A stretch of 64,000 bases of DNA from the NCBI RefSeq assembly GCF_009914755.1, contig NC_060935.1. The stretch is one strand, 5' to 3'. Both the position numbers and the translations under genes were made by a program. The DNA comes from the human T2T-CHM13v2.0 reference genome, Homo sapiens. The notes under the pieces are model-generated. The model did not search any database and had not been told where the DNA came from. It saw nothing but the letters and a program-made list of their open reading frames with translations. Of this stretch, positions 47,500 through 61,437 are shown in pieces (positions within the stretch are counted from its first letter, which is position 1; each line of letters opens with the position of its first letter).

Positions 47500-47872
47500 G
47501 CATGGTCAGTGAGTGGGTGAGTGGTGGGTGGGTGAGGGCTGGGGAGGTGATGGGATGAGGTGAGGATGGAGGTGAGACACCACACAGAGGCAGAGAAACA
47601 GAGAAAGGCAGACAAAGAGGTAAGAATGGATGCAGAATGACAAGGACAGAGGAACAGGGACTCAGAGACAGGGATGAAGAGAAACAGGAAGAAAGAATAG
47701 GAGACAGTGAGAGAGAAAGGGGACCGGGATGAAGGGGAAGGAGGGGGGCAGATAAGATGTTGACAGGAAGGAAGGAAAGGGTGAAAGAAAGACAGAGAGG
47801 GAGGAGGAGAGAAGACAGAGAGACCCACAGGACACAAGAGACAGACACACAGGGAATCACAGAGAGAGACAG
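47500..47872. repeat. GA-rich low-complexity tract (pyrimidine-rich in the USH1C pre-mRNA)
   Basis: Strongly purine-biased plus strand. Confidence 0.85.
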
Positions 47873-48355
47873 TCTAGGCCAAAGCTCCCTGGAGATCCCA
47901 CAGCGTGGGGACAAAAGCCTGTGGTCCCGGCTGCCTAGAGGCACAGTATGAGTGAATGCAGTTAGACATCAGGAAGACCTTCCAGAGAGTGAAGGATGGA
48001 CACAGACACCTTCTAACCATCTAATAATGGGGCAGGGGATAAAGTTCTGAGTGGGGAATTAACAATCCTGAGTCTTTTTCCCAACGTCTCTGCTTACCCG
48101 GTCTAAGACCTCATGCCTCAATTCCCCATAGTAGAGAAGAATTTGGACAAGACTGCCCGGGAGGCAGCTCAGACACTGCTTAAGGACAATGACTTGGCTC
48201 TAGTCCAGGAGTTTTCTAGGAGCTCTGGCTATGAGAAGCTGCGTGCTTGGGCCATTCCTTCAGGCTGGGAGAAGGCTGGGGATGGGCTGGAGAAAGGTGG
48301 CTGAGATTCTGGAGAAGGAAGAAGAGGTCTCAGGCTAGGTGCTTGCACACACTTA

Positions 48356-48502
<147 letters not shown>

Positions 48503-49682
48503 CTAGGATCAGCCAGGCTGCACCTTCTTCCCACGGGCCCACCTGGGGCCCACTGTGACTTCCATGGTCTGAGGACGTTTCTAGTCTCTGAGGCTTCGGG
48601 ACCATAGAGGACAGGGCTGCAAGGCCCTTGAATGACACTCAGCTCCCAAATGTCAATCTATGGACCGGGGACAGGCAGCAACCTCAGAATCACTTGGGGG
48701 AACTTCTTAAAAGTGTAGGCTCGTAGACTTGGCCCCCAGAAGTCAAGGGTGAGTCCTGGGAAATAGTACTTTTAACAACCTCTCTGGGTAATTCCGACGC
48801 ACTTTCTGATGCACAATCAAGTGGGGGACTTCTGGCCCAGCTTTTTGATCCTAACACCTGAATCCCTTTTACTGCCATCCTTGACTTGCCCCTCATTCTC
48901 CCTCCTTGGCTTAGGTGTATCCCCTGAAAAGTATTGGAAATATCACTGGGCCCCTCTACCATGAGCTGGTTCCTAATATTGAGCTGAAATCTCTCTCTCT
49001 TTCCCCAGGACTTCCCTCCATCCAATCCAGGTCTTCCCTCAAGAATCAGAGAGAACACTTCTGCTCCCTCTGCCCTAATGCAGACCTTCAGATAATCAAA
49101 GATAGTCATCATGTTACCCGTGAGTCTTCTCTTCTCCACATCCCTTCATGTGGGTCCCAGGCCCATCTGGTCAGCTTCCTCGGCACTGAACTTAATACCT
49201 CAGGCTCGGCTGCCTGCATACAGTTGCACAGGTTGTGCATTGCACACCATGAGCAGGCACCATTCACACTACAGTCTGTAAAAGGGCACCCCCTCAGATT
49301 ATGTAGTGCACAGCCTGGGCAATCTTATGCAGTGGCCGTGATCCAGGTGGGTGTCTAATGAGTGCAGAGCAGATTCCCACCAGCCCCTCCTTCATCCTGG
49401 GTTCTCTGCTTTTGTTAATGCTTTCTGGTAGCCCCCAGAATTCTCTTGATTCTTGTTCAGTGTGCACTTAGAAAAGACCTTAAGTCTTTTTCTTGGGTGA
49501 CCTGCCATGCCCTGGCTTCAAGAGTCTGTTTAAGCCACTGGCTTTTTGGATCCAAGGTCAGGAATTGACATCTATTTTTCTGAATCCCATCTTGTCAGAT
49601 TTAAACCACAGGCTGGATGGGGTATGGTGTCACCAAAGTGTTGCCTGGACTCCAGATGCCCACCCTGGAATGAGGCATCCTA

Positions 49683-49946
<264 letters not shown>

Positions 49947-52649
49947 TCATTGCCAGACAGCAGAAGAGACCTGAGCCTGGGTTCTGAAAGCTCATGTGGA
50001 CTCAGAAAGCATGAGGGGAAACTAGCCACCTGGTTAGTGGCTAGTCAAAGGGCATTTAGTCCCTGTCCCTTCCACACCCCCTCACCCCAGCTCAGGAGAA
50101 CCTGGATATCATTGATGATGAGCCTCTGTTATTACAGAGGGACACAGACCTGCATTTCCAGCACAGTATGAGGCCTGAGTCAATTCTGCCAGCCGGCCCT
50201 CCCTGTTGCCAGTCATGCTGGTCTGTTCAGGTCCCTGAGCTGCCATGCTCTCTCCTGCCTCAGAGGCTTCATGTCGCTGTTCCCTACCTTGCTTTCTCTT
50301 CTTCTAGGTCTGAGAGGAAATGTCAGAAGGGGCTTCTCTGACCCCCGCTCAGTCGAATGTAGATCTTGCCTATTCTCTCACAGCATCCCAGTCTTTTCTT
50401 ATTTGGCATTTTCCACAATTCGTAATCATTAATCTGTTTGTTTACTGATGGTCTCTCCCACCACACTGTCAGCTCCACGTGGGCAGGGATTGTCTTTTTG
50501 GTTCACCATAATATCCCCAGCACTTAACATAATGCCTGACACAAAATAGGACCTCAGTAGATATTTGTTGAATAAATGAAGCTGTAATAAGGTGCTCCTG
50601 AAAGAGTTGCCTGGGATCTAATAATTTTGGGGAAAGCTGAGTTATAAGCTGAACAGAGCTACTCACTGCAGGATTTGTCAGTCTTGAATGTGCTAACATG
50701 CACTGCAGCTTTCCAAGAGGTAGACAGATTGTGCGTGGTTTTCCACACCTCTTTGACATCAGAGCCCTTTTTGGAGGAATTTCTCCCAGTCCTGATGTCC
50801 ACAGAACACTCTCCAGGTTACATTGAAATAGATCACCCAGGAGCCTTGTGGCATGAAGGCCCATAGGAATGTGGTGTATGATACTGACAATGGTGGCCAT
50901 GGTGGCTTAAAACACACGTGCTCCTAGGGAAGCTTCATCAGTGACTAGTTATGTTCAAAGCAGTGCAGGACCAAACCACAGAAAGCAGTTGCCTCTGTGC
51001 AGTGCAACTGGGGATGGGTGACTTTCACCTTTTCATTTTGTACAAATCCATGACAGAGTCTCAGGGGCAATAAGGCAGTGGTTGGGTTGGGGCTTTGTAA
51101 GTGGGAAGGACCCAGGAGAGTCACCCATCCATCCTGGTCCCCTCTCTCTGCTAGACACAGCAGGCAGGTATCACAGAAGTGTCACCAGGTGACAGAGAAA
51201 TGAAGACAGAAGAAGAAGGTGGGGCCTGGGTGGGCACTGATGGGCTGGGGCAGCTGCCCAGCTGGGCAGGTCCCCCTTCTATGGCTGAAATGAAAGCTTA
51301 AAGTGTGAAGTCACCAAGGTCATGGGTGCAGAGCTGGACTTGTATCCAGGGCTCCCAATGCCCATACCTCACCTTAGTAACCCACAGAGGTCTGGTTGCC
51401 AGCCCCCAAGGGCCTTTCCCATCCCTGTTTCCTGCCCCTTACCTCTTACCACCTCCATTCTACCACCTCCAGCTTATGGTACAGCCTGGCTCCAGCCTAG
51501 GACTGCCTGGAAGGGATCTGCTCATAGGGTCCCCCACTCTGGCCTGGGAAGGTAAGAGGCCTGGGGCTCCTCCTCCAAGGGCACCTACATCTCCACAAAG
51601 GGCCACAAAGGACTCAGGAGCTTCCTTGACATGGAAGAAGAAATCACCAATGGTGGGGTTTCAGACACTGTCCGACAGGTGAACGGGGTGATGGTTTGAA
51701 GCAAGAGACTGTGCCTGGGGTCTGCAAAGGTTTCACTCATCAGCAGAGGGTGTTTTTGTAGATAAGGGGATAAAGAACAAGGCAAAATGAGAAGAGAGAC
51801 ACAGGGTATGGGGGCCTCTGGCCCTCTGGGAAGGGACAAGGCTGCAGAAGACCTCAGACAGAGGTGGCACTTGTGCCGGACAGTAAAGCAAAATGACCAA
51901 ACTGCCTGGATTCAAGTCCTGCCTCCACCTTCTCCTGGCTGTGGGTCCTTGAACAAATACTTTAACCTCTCTGAGCCTCAGTTTCCTCAGCTGTAAAATA
52001 AGAATAATAACAGAACCTGCTTTCAGGGTTGTTGTGAGGATTAAGTGAGTTAATATCCATGAAACGCTCAGACACAGGGCTGCAAACCAGATGAATAGCT
52101 TCTGGCACATGGCTAGTTCTGGCCAAACGTTCGGCTCCTACCATCACTGAAAGGACAGGCAAGGTTTCGGGGGTTTCCACGTGCTGCTCCTCTTCCTCGA
52201 AAGCCCTTTCTCCCCTTCGCGAGGCTGACATTGACTATGCTCAGCTCAGGGTTCGCCCCTCTGAGGAGCACTCCTGGCCTCCCATCTCCTCTTGGTGGGT
52301 TAGAGGCCCCTCAGGGTTCCCATGGCTTCCCTCCACTCTGAGTTCCCCGTCAGCCCTTAGCAGACCATGCTGTGACTTTCAGTATCTGGCAATTCTGAGT
52401 CCGTCTCCCACCCTGGCTGGGGACCCCCTGAGGGCACGGTGGCATCTGGCTTGGCTGTGTACTCACAGGTCCCGGCGCCATCCCATGCCCCCAGGGATTG
52501 GACAGGCAGTCGGATGGATGGACCCGAGTGGGAGGGCATTCTCCAGCAACCGTCAGCCCACTCCAAGTGGTCACCTGTTTGCTTTCCGGGAGGGCCCCGT
52601 CTAACCACTGTATCATCCCCAAACCTGGGTGTGGCTAGTCTCCACTCAC

Positions 52650-52749
52650 CATGCCGCTCAGCAGCTCCCCGCTCATACACAGCAGAAACGACCACCTTCC
52701 CAATGGGGGAGTCCACACCGCCTTCCAGGGCCAGGTCTAAGGATCCCTC
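52650..52749 (-). CDS. USH1C: Harmonin PDZ3 exon (100 nt; [33 protein letters not shown])
   Basis: Acceptor aaccag|GAGGGA, donor ATG|gtgagt. Confidence 0.96.
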
Positions 52750-53080
52750 CTGGTTAGAGGAAAACAGGCCTTAGGGAGCCAAGCAGACAGCAGCCTGTGG
52801 ACACCTGGGCACCAAGGAGTCTCTTGACAGAGCCACAGTAAGAGTGGAAGAAGCCATGGGGTCACCGGCAGTGCCATCTGGAGAAAACGCAGCCTTGGTG
52901 CCAAGTGGGGCCTGGGTATGCGGCCCTACAACAGAGGGGCGTCTCCGTGGGAGAGGGGAGGACAGTGGGGACCTGAGAGACCACCCAGGAGTGACCTTGA
53001 GAGTAGAGGCAGGAGACCAAGGGAGGAGGGGCAGGCACAGAGAGGGATGGCGGCCCACCGGCCTCCACATGCCCAGGTAC

Positions 53081-53134
53081 CTTCTTGATGCGTAGGAGCC
53101 GGACATCCTTCCCCATGATCTGCTCTGGGGTGAA
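53081..53134 (-). CDS. USH1C: Harmonin exon (54 nt; FTPEQIMGKDVRLLRIKK; start of PDZ3)
   Basis: Acceptor ctctag|TTCACC, donor AAG|gtacct. Confidence 0.95.
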
Positions 53135-53537
53135 CTAGAGAGAAAAAGACAGTGGGAAGCTTTGAGCTGGCCTGAAGGATGGCGCTTGGGGTAGGGCTGG
53201 AAGGGGAATCCAGGCACCTATGGGACACTGGGCCCCACAGAGCACATGGGCAAGGGGACCGTGCCCAGCCCCACCCCTACTGGTCTTCAACTGGGGGTCC
53301 CAGGCCCCATGGGGACAGTGGACACACACACGTGCATGTGCACCATACAGTTCACACTGGAGTGCCCTTTGGAAGGAATCTTCGTGGGAAGAGCAGCTGG
53401 GGCATCACTGGGGCTCCTCTGTGCCCCACCTCATCCCAGGACCCCAAGGCCCAGAATGCACCACTATCAAACCCTCTAACCCCCACACTGCCCTGTTCCT
53501 GGGGTTACTTGTCCAGGAGAGAAGCGTCATCTCTTAC

Positions 53538-53579
53538 CATAGAGTAGGGGTCAAAGCCTTCCTCATATTTCCGGAAATC
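53538..53579 (-). CDS. USH1C: Harmonin exon (42 nt; DFRKYEEGFDPYSM)
   Basis: Acceptor ttccag|GATTTC, donor ATG|gtaaga. Confidence 0.95.
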
Positions 53580-56245
53580 CTGGAAGCAAAGGGAGGGCTT
53601 TAGGGCAACACAGCAGAGGGTCTTGAGGGTCAGAGCCGAGGAGTAGGGGGATGAATGGTCGGAATCCAAGGGTCAGAAGTGAGGGGTAGGGCGGGAGAAG
53701 GCACGGCCAGGGTACGGGATGCAGACAGGAGGCCGGCAGCCCTAGCAGCCAGGGCACCCCTGTTCAGGGACAAGCAGGAGGCTGAGGAAGACTTTAGAGG
53801 ATCTTGACCCTGCCCTGCTTCAGCGGCACAAGCGTCAGGGGCTGCAGGGGCACCAGTGACGTCTAGATGGTCTGGAGAGGCGGCATCTGCCTTGCTGAAA
53901 GTCTCAGCCCCAGCCTCAAGTCCTTTAGGCCCCACCTCATCTCTTCCAAGTCTCCACTGGAGCAGGCCCAGGCCCTGGGGGATGAAGCCCAAGGTGTCTC
54001 CACCCAGTGCTCTGACCCCACAGGAGGGGCCCATCCAGCTCAAGAGAAGGCTGTTCCTGGAAATCAGCCACAAGATGGTGGAGGGAGCCCACGGACAACA
54101 AGAAGAAAGCAGGTGGTGTTGAGAAGCAGTGTTGGCCTGGAGCCTGGCAGTGTCCTCATGTAATGCTTACCTAGAAGGTAAGAGGCCTCCCCAGATTCTG
54201 CGGAGCGCAGGTTGGCCCTTTAGCTAGGGGAGAAGGGAGGACACACAGCTCAGGGGACCTGGCTTGATGGGGGATGCTGTGGGGACAATGGCTCCAGGGT
54301 GTAGAAACAAGACAGTGAGGTGGCACCTGAACACACAGTGAGGTAGTCCCTGAACTATGTGGCCTTCCTCGGGAGTCACACACAGTGAGTGGGAGCCAGG
54401 GGCATCCCCAGGCTGAGGGGCCAGGATGCTAAGCACAAGGGCAGCAGAGCCACGGCTGGTCCCCATGGAAGGTGGGAGCAGAGGAGAGCCCCGTGGCAGG
54501 CCTCGCCAGACTGAGTGGAGCCACCCACAGCATGCAGGTCCCTAGACCACACCAAGTGACCCATGGGGCCCATGGTCTGTGTGGTGGGGAGGCTACAGAT
54601 TCCCCTATCCTCAGAATGCACCAACTAGGTTCCGGGCACAAGATGAGCACCAAATATCAGCAGACAGATCCCCAAGCATCTGCCTGGCATCCCTCCTCAC
54701 TTGCCTCAATCACCCAGGCTCAACCCCAAGAGGCCATGAGCTCGGCTCAGCTTGGGAGCTACATCCAGGTCAGTGTGTGGGCAGCAGACAGAGGAGGGGG
54801 TGCAGTGAATGCACAGGCAAGAAGGATCATTGGGCAGGATGTGGAGTCGATGCTCTTTGACTTTGAGGGCCCTGCCTACTCCGGCTGTTTCTCCTGGAAG
54901 GCTGGGCAGTGCTGGCTCTGGCCTCCTTGCTCCATGATCCTGAGAACCAGCTCTCAGGGATGGGCCAGATGGCAGGTACTTGTGTTTTGTGTGAATTTAG
55001 ATCAGAGACTCATAAGCCACTGCAGCTGGTTGGCCCTTAAAGAGGCAGCCCAACCCCTCATTCAACAGAGGAAGAAACTGAGGCCCAGAGAGGTGATATT
55101 CACGCCCAAGGTCACCCAGTCAGTGGGCAGGGGAGCAAGGGTTTGACTCCACCTCTGGAGCCTAGACTCTGCACTTCCCTGCTTCTCTCCCTGTGAGGGC
55201 TGTTTGTGCCCTAAACCGCCAGGTCCTGGAAGGCCTCTTGTGTGACGACAGTGCTTTAAGGCAGGATGGTGCAGTGTTTAAGAGCACAGGCTGCAGAGAC
55301 CGACCTCCTGGATTCAAATCCAGGGATTGACATTAGCTGTGCCATCGTGGGCACATTTTCAAATCTCTCTGCCTCAGTTTCTCATAGATAAAATGGGTAT
55401 GATAATAGCACTTACCACCCAGGGTTGCTGGAAAGATTAAATTGACAAATCCTTGGGCTGGGAGCAGCCTCTTTTGCCAACACCTATGTCTCACTGCACA
55501 GTTGATACTGCCCCTCTGCTCCCTGCCTGTAGTCAAATCAGCTTGTGGTCTGTTGGTGGGTTATCAGTGAGGAGGCTGGAGAAGCCTGGGCTGGCTGCAA
55601 GATCTCTCTCTGTCCTGGGGTTTCTTTCATTGGTGATGAAACAGCCAATCCAATGGTTGGCTCCATGGAGGTACCCCAGGAGGCAGGGAGGTAGGTGGCT
55701 GCCTGCCTGATGCCACTCAGAGGACCAGCAAGGACTTCCACGTCCCTGTGCACAGGAGTGCCCTAGGCACAGGGAGGACCTCAGCCACCACCTCCTCCCT
55801 GACGCTGGTTCAGTGTCAGGCAGGGTTGGTGAAGCTGTGATCTGCCCGGAGAAGAAGAGGGGAAGGTACAGGGAGACACCTAAGCAGCCCCTTCCCTCTC
55901 TCCTAGGGCTGGAGCGAGGGCCCATCTTGGCCTCTGTGGGCCTCTGAGGGTTCCTTCTGCCCTGCTCCTCTCTGGACAAACAGCAGCAGAAGAGGTGAGT
56001 TCCCAGGGATACTGCTGTTTCTCAGCTCATGCATGGGGTCTAATAAGCCCTGGGTCCCCATCTGATATGATATCCTCCCCCACCCCTGCGCAGGCAATGG
56101 AGGACACAGCTCTGGCCTGAGGCTTGGTGGCAGATGGGGCCACCATGGACCTGACCAGGTACTCCCAGAGAGAAAGAAGTGGCACAGAGTGGGAGGGACG
56201 GGGGTGGTGGGGAGACCTCCAGACACACAATGGGTATCAGTTTAC

Positions 56246-56296
56246 TTGTCTGAATGCTGTCTGATAAACCACCATCCTCTTCAACATCTCCTGTGG
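56246..56296 (-). CDS. USH1C: Harmonin-b small cassette exon (51 nt; PQEMLKRMVVYQTAFRQ)
   Basis: Poly-T tract, then ggcag|CCACAG; donor CAA|gtaaac; phase 0/0. Confidence 0.92.
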
Positions 56297-57428
56297 CTGC
56301 CAGAGGAAAAAAAAAAAAGTTCCACATTGGATGTTACCAATAGGTCTTGGCTGCCCCCTGGTGCCAGGCTTCGGGCCTGCCAGTCTGGGGCTGCCGTGCC
56401 AATGTCCCTCCCCGAGCAGTCTGGCTTACGTTAAAGGCCTGCTCAATGCCCAAAGATGCTACCCAGTTGTTGTCAAGCAGACACCACCCCTTGATATTAG
56501 CCAGAGAACATGACATGGATGCATCCGCAGGCTGTCCCAGGAGCAAAAACTTTGCTCTCTGGGGAGCTGACGGGACAGTTAAGGCCCAAAATAAATATCT
56601 CAGCTGTCCTGCCCTGACATTTGGATAGAGTTTCCTTGAAAGGGAAGTTAAAATTCTGACATGACTGTCTTCTCACTGTGCATGGGAGGCCAGCCAGTGG
56701 TCGGCACCTCTGGGAGGTGCACACGAATCCCAGCTCCCTTAGCCGTCAGTAACTGAGACTGGCGGACATTTCTCACTTCCCCAGGACCACACCTCAGACT
56801 TCCAGTCACAGTGAGAGGTGAGAAGTAAGTTGGAGAAAGGGAGTGAACCTGCTCTGGCCAGTTTCCCATCTGAGGGTGTTTCATGCCAGGCCACAACAGG
56901 CCTTAGGGCAGGGGCCAGGGCACCTGGAATCTCTGTAGGTTTTGGCAAGATGGCAACGAGGGTAACAGCGTGGGCTTTGGAGTATGAAAGGCATGAGGGT
57001 AAGTATTAAGTCCAGGCTCTGCCTGGGGAACCTGGTGCCCCTCTGGTAACCTCTCTAAACCTCCCTTTCCTCGAGTGTTAAACAGGATGACCACAGGAAC
57101 CATCTCACAGTCCTGCTGTGAAGATTAATTGAGGCCATGCAGAGCCTGGTATATAGTAGGCTCTTCACAGGTCGTAGCGATCATTATTACTTTTAGACAG
57201 AGCTCCAGGCTGTTCAGTCAAGTGGGGAACAGAAATTCCACTGGTCATGTCAACATCCACTTACACCCATGTGGCCTCATCTCTTGGCCAATAAGAAGGT
57301 TAAGAGATGGCATCTGTGATCTGCATTTTTGTCCCACCTCACTTGCCCTCCAGAGACAGCAGAGCCCAGGGGAGGTAGCCCTGGTCTGCTCCTCTAGAGA
57401 CAACCTGGAGGGGACCCAAGGGGCTTAC

Positions 57429-57548
57429 CAGAACTTCAGATTTCACAGCTGGCCTGTAGATGAAATTGGGCTCCTGGTGGACCATGACAGGTTTGGAGAT
57501 GGTGGACACGCCAGGGCCTCGTGGAGGCTGTGGGCTTGGGCAAAATGT
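57429..57548 (-). CDS. USH1C: Harmonin-b cassette exon (120 nt; TFCPSPQPPRGPGVSTISKPVMVHQEPNFIYRPAVKSEVL)
   Basis: Read manually; acceptor ccttag|ACATTT, donor CTG|gtaagc; phase 0/0. Confidence 0.93.
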
Positions 57549-60500
57549 CTAAGGAGTTAGTTTAACAGGGACCCAGGTGAGGTCATGGTGGGGTGGCCAA
57601 GGCCAGCCATGCTACTTCTACACACATGCAAATCTACACCCATGCATATGTGAAGCCAGCCTGGTCATTCAACTGCTCGAGGTCCTGGGGTTGTGATCCT
57701 CAGCAGAGAGATGAGAAGCCCATTGGCCACAGTGTGGGCTGAGATCACAGAAACTACTGAGCGGCTCTAAGAAATTGGACGCTTGAGCTAGAGCCTGGCT
57801 TGGGGGTGCCAGCAGCCAGTGTCACCCAGGAGACACACTTTCAGACCCTTCTCTCAGTGGCCATGGGTGCTATCCAGTGTCCCTTGTCTTTAAGGGCTGT
57901 CTCTTTGGCCACAGTTCCAGTCCCTGGACCACAGTGTGAAGCATCTGCTGTTCCTAGTTGGTAGGCACATAGTCTCTAGGGGCCATGGGGTGAAGACCAG
58001 TAAGAGAGGCATCCAGGGGAGCTGACGCAACCTGTCTGCTTGGCTCTAACCCACTTGATCTTTTTGGGCAAGATGTATCAAATCAGTTCACAGCCCTGCC
58101 CCCAAACCCTCCCCAGTGTCCGCATTGACTACTGAGCTCATTGGCTTGACTCCCAAGGCCTTTCATGAGCTTCTCTAGCTTCCTTTTCAGCCTTATCTCT
58201 CACTCCTCGCCACGCTCCTCACACTGCCTAGCTTTAGCCTCAAAAAATGCCAGGCTTTCTTGCCTTGAGGCCTTTGCACGTGCTCTTCCTTCTTCCGCTT
58301 TGCCTCCTAGGTCTTAAGTTGGGCGTCACTGCCTTCTGGAAGCCTCCCTTGAGCTTTTCCTCTACTCCAGCCCTCTTCCTTATTATAGCACCTGTGCTTC
58401 CTCCGTCTCCACGCTGATGGTGTGGCGGGTGCCTACTTTTCTTTGTTCCCCACCAGACTGTCTTGAGAAGGGAGACTGCAGCTGTCTATCCAGCAGGGAT
58501 TCCCAGTGCCCTGCATAGTGCCTTGGCATATAGTAGGTGCTCAATAAGCATGTGTTGAATGAATAAATGAATGACTAAATAGTATGGTGAGAACATGGGA
58601 CAGTGCCTGTGGATAGATCTGGCCCTGAAAACCCCCCTATGGCCGGTGCTGGTGTGGCAGGCACAAGTGTCAAGCCAACACAGGTGTTTGTTTCCATGAC
58701 TTGGGGCCTGCTGGTGGCTGGGCTGACTGTGTGGGCGTGTGGTCACTCACACTTCCTGCTGCAGCACTGATGACAGCTTGCCAGGGGCATGCAGGGAGGA
58801 GGAGGGTGGGTGGTACAAGGGTGAGAGGTGGGCCAAATGAAGCCAACCAAGCAACAGCCCCCTGGCTTTTGAGGCTGGGACAACCCTGGCTTTGATGTCG
58901 CTTGTGACATTTATAGTCCAGTTCTTCAGAGGCTCCTTGTGTTGGGGGGCTTTTAACCTTCCCTGGGCTCTGATCAGGAACTAACAGTGGGAACTTGGTG
59001 ATGCCTTGAAGAATCTGAGAAGTCTGGACTCTGTCTTGAATCTTGATCCTGACTCAAAGTTTTGCTGACACTGAGATTGCTAAGATCCCAGGTTTGCAGC
59101 TTCACCCAAATTTTCTTTTACTCTGGACTATCAATAACCATAGTTAATGTCTACTGAACATCCACGATGTGCCTGCCACTCTTGCCATTCTTAACTTAGA
59201 ATGTGTCCATGTATTAACTTATTTGATTCGAATAGGTAGCTGCCATTAGCATTCCTATTTTTGGACAGGGATGCCCAGGCTCAGATAGATGAAGTAGCAT
59301 GTGTTCAGTTACCTAGCTAGTAAGTGGCACAGCCAGGATTCAAACCCAGGCAGGCCAACTCCCTGCTACTCCAACTTGCCATCTTTATGTTCCCTGCACT
59401 TGCAATGCCCTTGCTCCCATCCTCCATGTGTTGCCATCCCTCAAGGCTCAGCTCGTAAGCCCTCTACTCTACAGAGGTGTCTTCAATCTTCAGTTAGAAT
59501 GAATCCCTCCCATAGCGCATGGCTTATGCATATTTTATAGCAGAAGCCTGCCTGGGCAGCAGCTCATCCTTCAGATGGCAAAGTCCTGGAAAGCACAGGC
59601 ATGTCAATCTCCTCTGCATCCTCTTCAGCACTGCTCCCCTCTCCCCTTCACAGAGAGAGGCCCCAGGCAGGTACTCAATCAAAGTGGAATCAAATTTGTT
59701 GAGGAAAAGCTACTGCTCATCTTGATGGAGGCCACTTACAGAGAAAAATGTTGTGCAAGGCTAACTCAGCTCTAGAAACCAGCTCCTGGCTGGGCTCTGG
59801 GGAAAGATGTCCCGAGAACAGGCAGATTTCTTCCTGTCAAAGCTGCAGGGCTCACGACCCCAACCAGAGGTCCAGAAAGGGTCCCTCTGAGAGTCTCCCG
59901 CTGGAAGCTTCAGCCTTGCTGGCATCTGGCACTTTCTTCACTCCCACCTTCCTTGTAAGCTCTCCTGAGTGCTCTGAGATGCTTGTCCTGCTCTCCACGC
60001 AGGAACTCAAATCCATGCAGGGAAGGTTAATAAAAACCACTGGTCAGGTGCTATTGACTATGCCCTCCCTCAGCAACCCCTGCTACCCTCAGCTGACATG
60101 AGATGCCTTTGCACTGACTCAAGCCTGGCCTCATGGCTACGGGAGTGGAATAATATTTTGTTTTTCCCTTCATGGGATCCAAGCTCCCTGTCTTCCTCAG
60201 AGATTGCATGTTTCAAAATAGTCTTTGGATTACGAATAATTAATAAGAAATATGTCTTTTTCAGAAAGACACTGTTCATCTTCCTAACATCCAAGAAAAA
60301 CATTCCTATTCTTTTAATAGTAAATTATTTCTAGGAACTCTCTCATCTTCATTTTTTCTATAGCTGGAAATTGGCCAGAAATTTCTGGGTATTACACTTC
60401 AAGCCAGTGCAGTTGGCCAGTACTGTAGAAAATGGCACTGGAATGTCCTAATACTGCATTTGATGGTACAGTGTTATCACTTCATTTACAGAGCCAAATA

Positions 60501-60954
60501 CGCCCCTGCTTCCTCCTCCCCTCCCTTTTTTTCCCATTAAATCAGGAGCCATTTCCCATATTCAAGGCTTTCTGGGATAATATCAGGAAGTGACTGGATG
60601 TGACAGAGTGCTGGCTATTCATTAACATAGACTTCCAAGTCCTACATTGAAAGTTACCAGCCTACACTAGCAAAGAAGAGCTAAGAGAGAGCAATGAATA
60701 TCAAATGGACACACCGTTGCTTACCCCAAAGGTCCCAGGCCATTCACCATACAATACAGCACTTCAAAATCAGTGAGAACCACCATATACATGCAGGATG
60801 TCCACACATGCACACGGAGGGGGCATTCCTGGAAAATGGGGTGAGATGATGTTTCTTTCTGTCTCCACTCTCAGGAGCAGTGGAGGACATGGGAAACAGC
60901 AGTTCTCCCCACTCTTCCTACTTCCAAACATAGCATGCAGAACAGGGACATTAC

Positions 60955-61437
60955 CTTTGGGGTGGGTGGGAAGCTCTGTTCAGGGACAGGGGAGTTAGTG
61001 GGCTTCCCACTGTGGTTCTTTGCCTCCCAGTCCTCCACTGGATTGCCTGTGTCCCCAGTGCGGAAGGGATGGTTGCTCAGTGCTTCTTCCAGCGCCGAGG
61101 GCAGTGGGCGGGTGGGAGTGAGGTCTTGGGTGGGAACGGATGGCGGGGGAGGGATGGGAATGGGGGGTGGAGTGCGCTGCACCCATGGAGAGGATGAGGC
61201 GCTCACATGGCCAGATAAGGGAAGGACAGGGGGCGCCGGGACCTTGTGGGGTGGGTTGGAGGGTGGAGGGTGGGGCATCACAGGCAAGGCAGAGGGAGTC
61301 TTGGGGGGATAGTAGAACATGTCCAAAGGGATGTCGTCCAGGTCAGTGGTGTGCAGGTGCAGTCCGCCTGCGAAGCGTCTCAAGGGTGGGGCCAGGGGAG
61401 ACACAGAAGGCGGGGGAGGCGGGGGCCCTGTGGTCAT
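60955..61437 (-). CDS. USH1C: Harmonin-b PST-domain exon (483 nt; MTTGPPPPPPSVSPLAPP...EQSFPPTPK)
   Basis: Acceptor cccag|ATGACC, donor AAG|gtaatg; Pro/Ser/Thr-rich ORF 60871..61494. Confidence 0.96.

Noticed and set aside
54472-55146. 224-aa plus-strand ORF in a USH1C intron
   Set aside because: No domain similarity, and it ends in MIR-derived sequence (RKKLRPRE).
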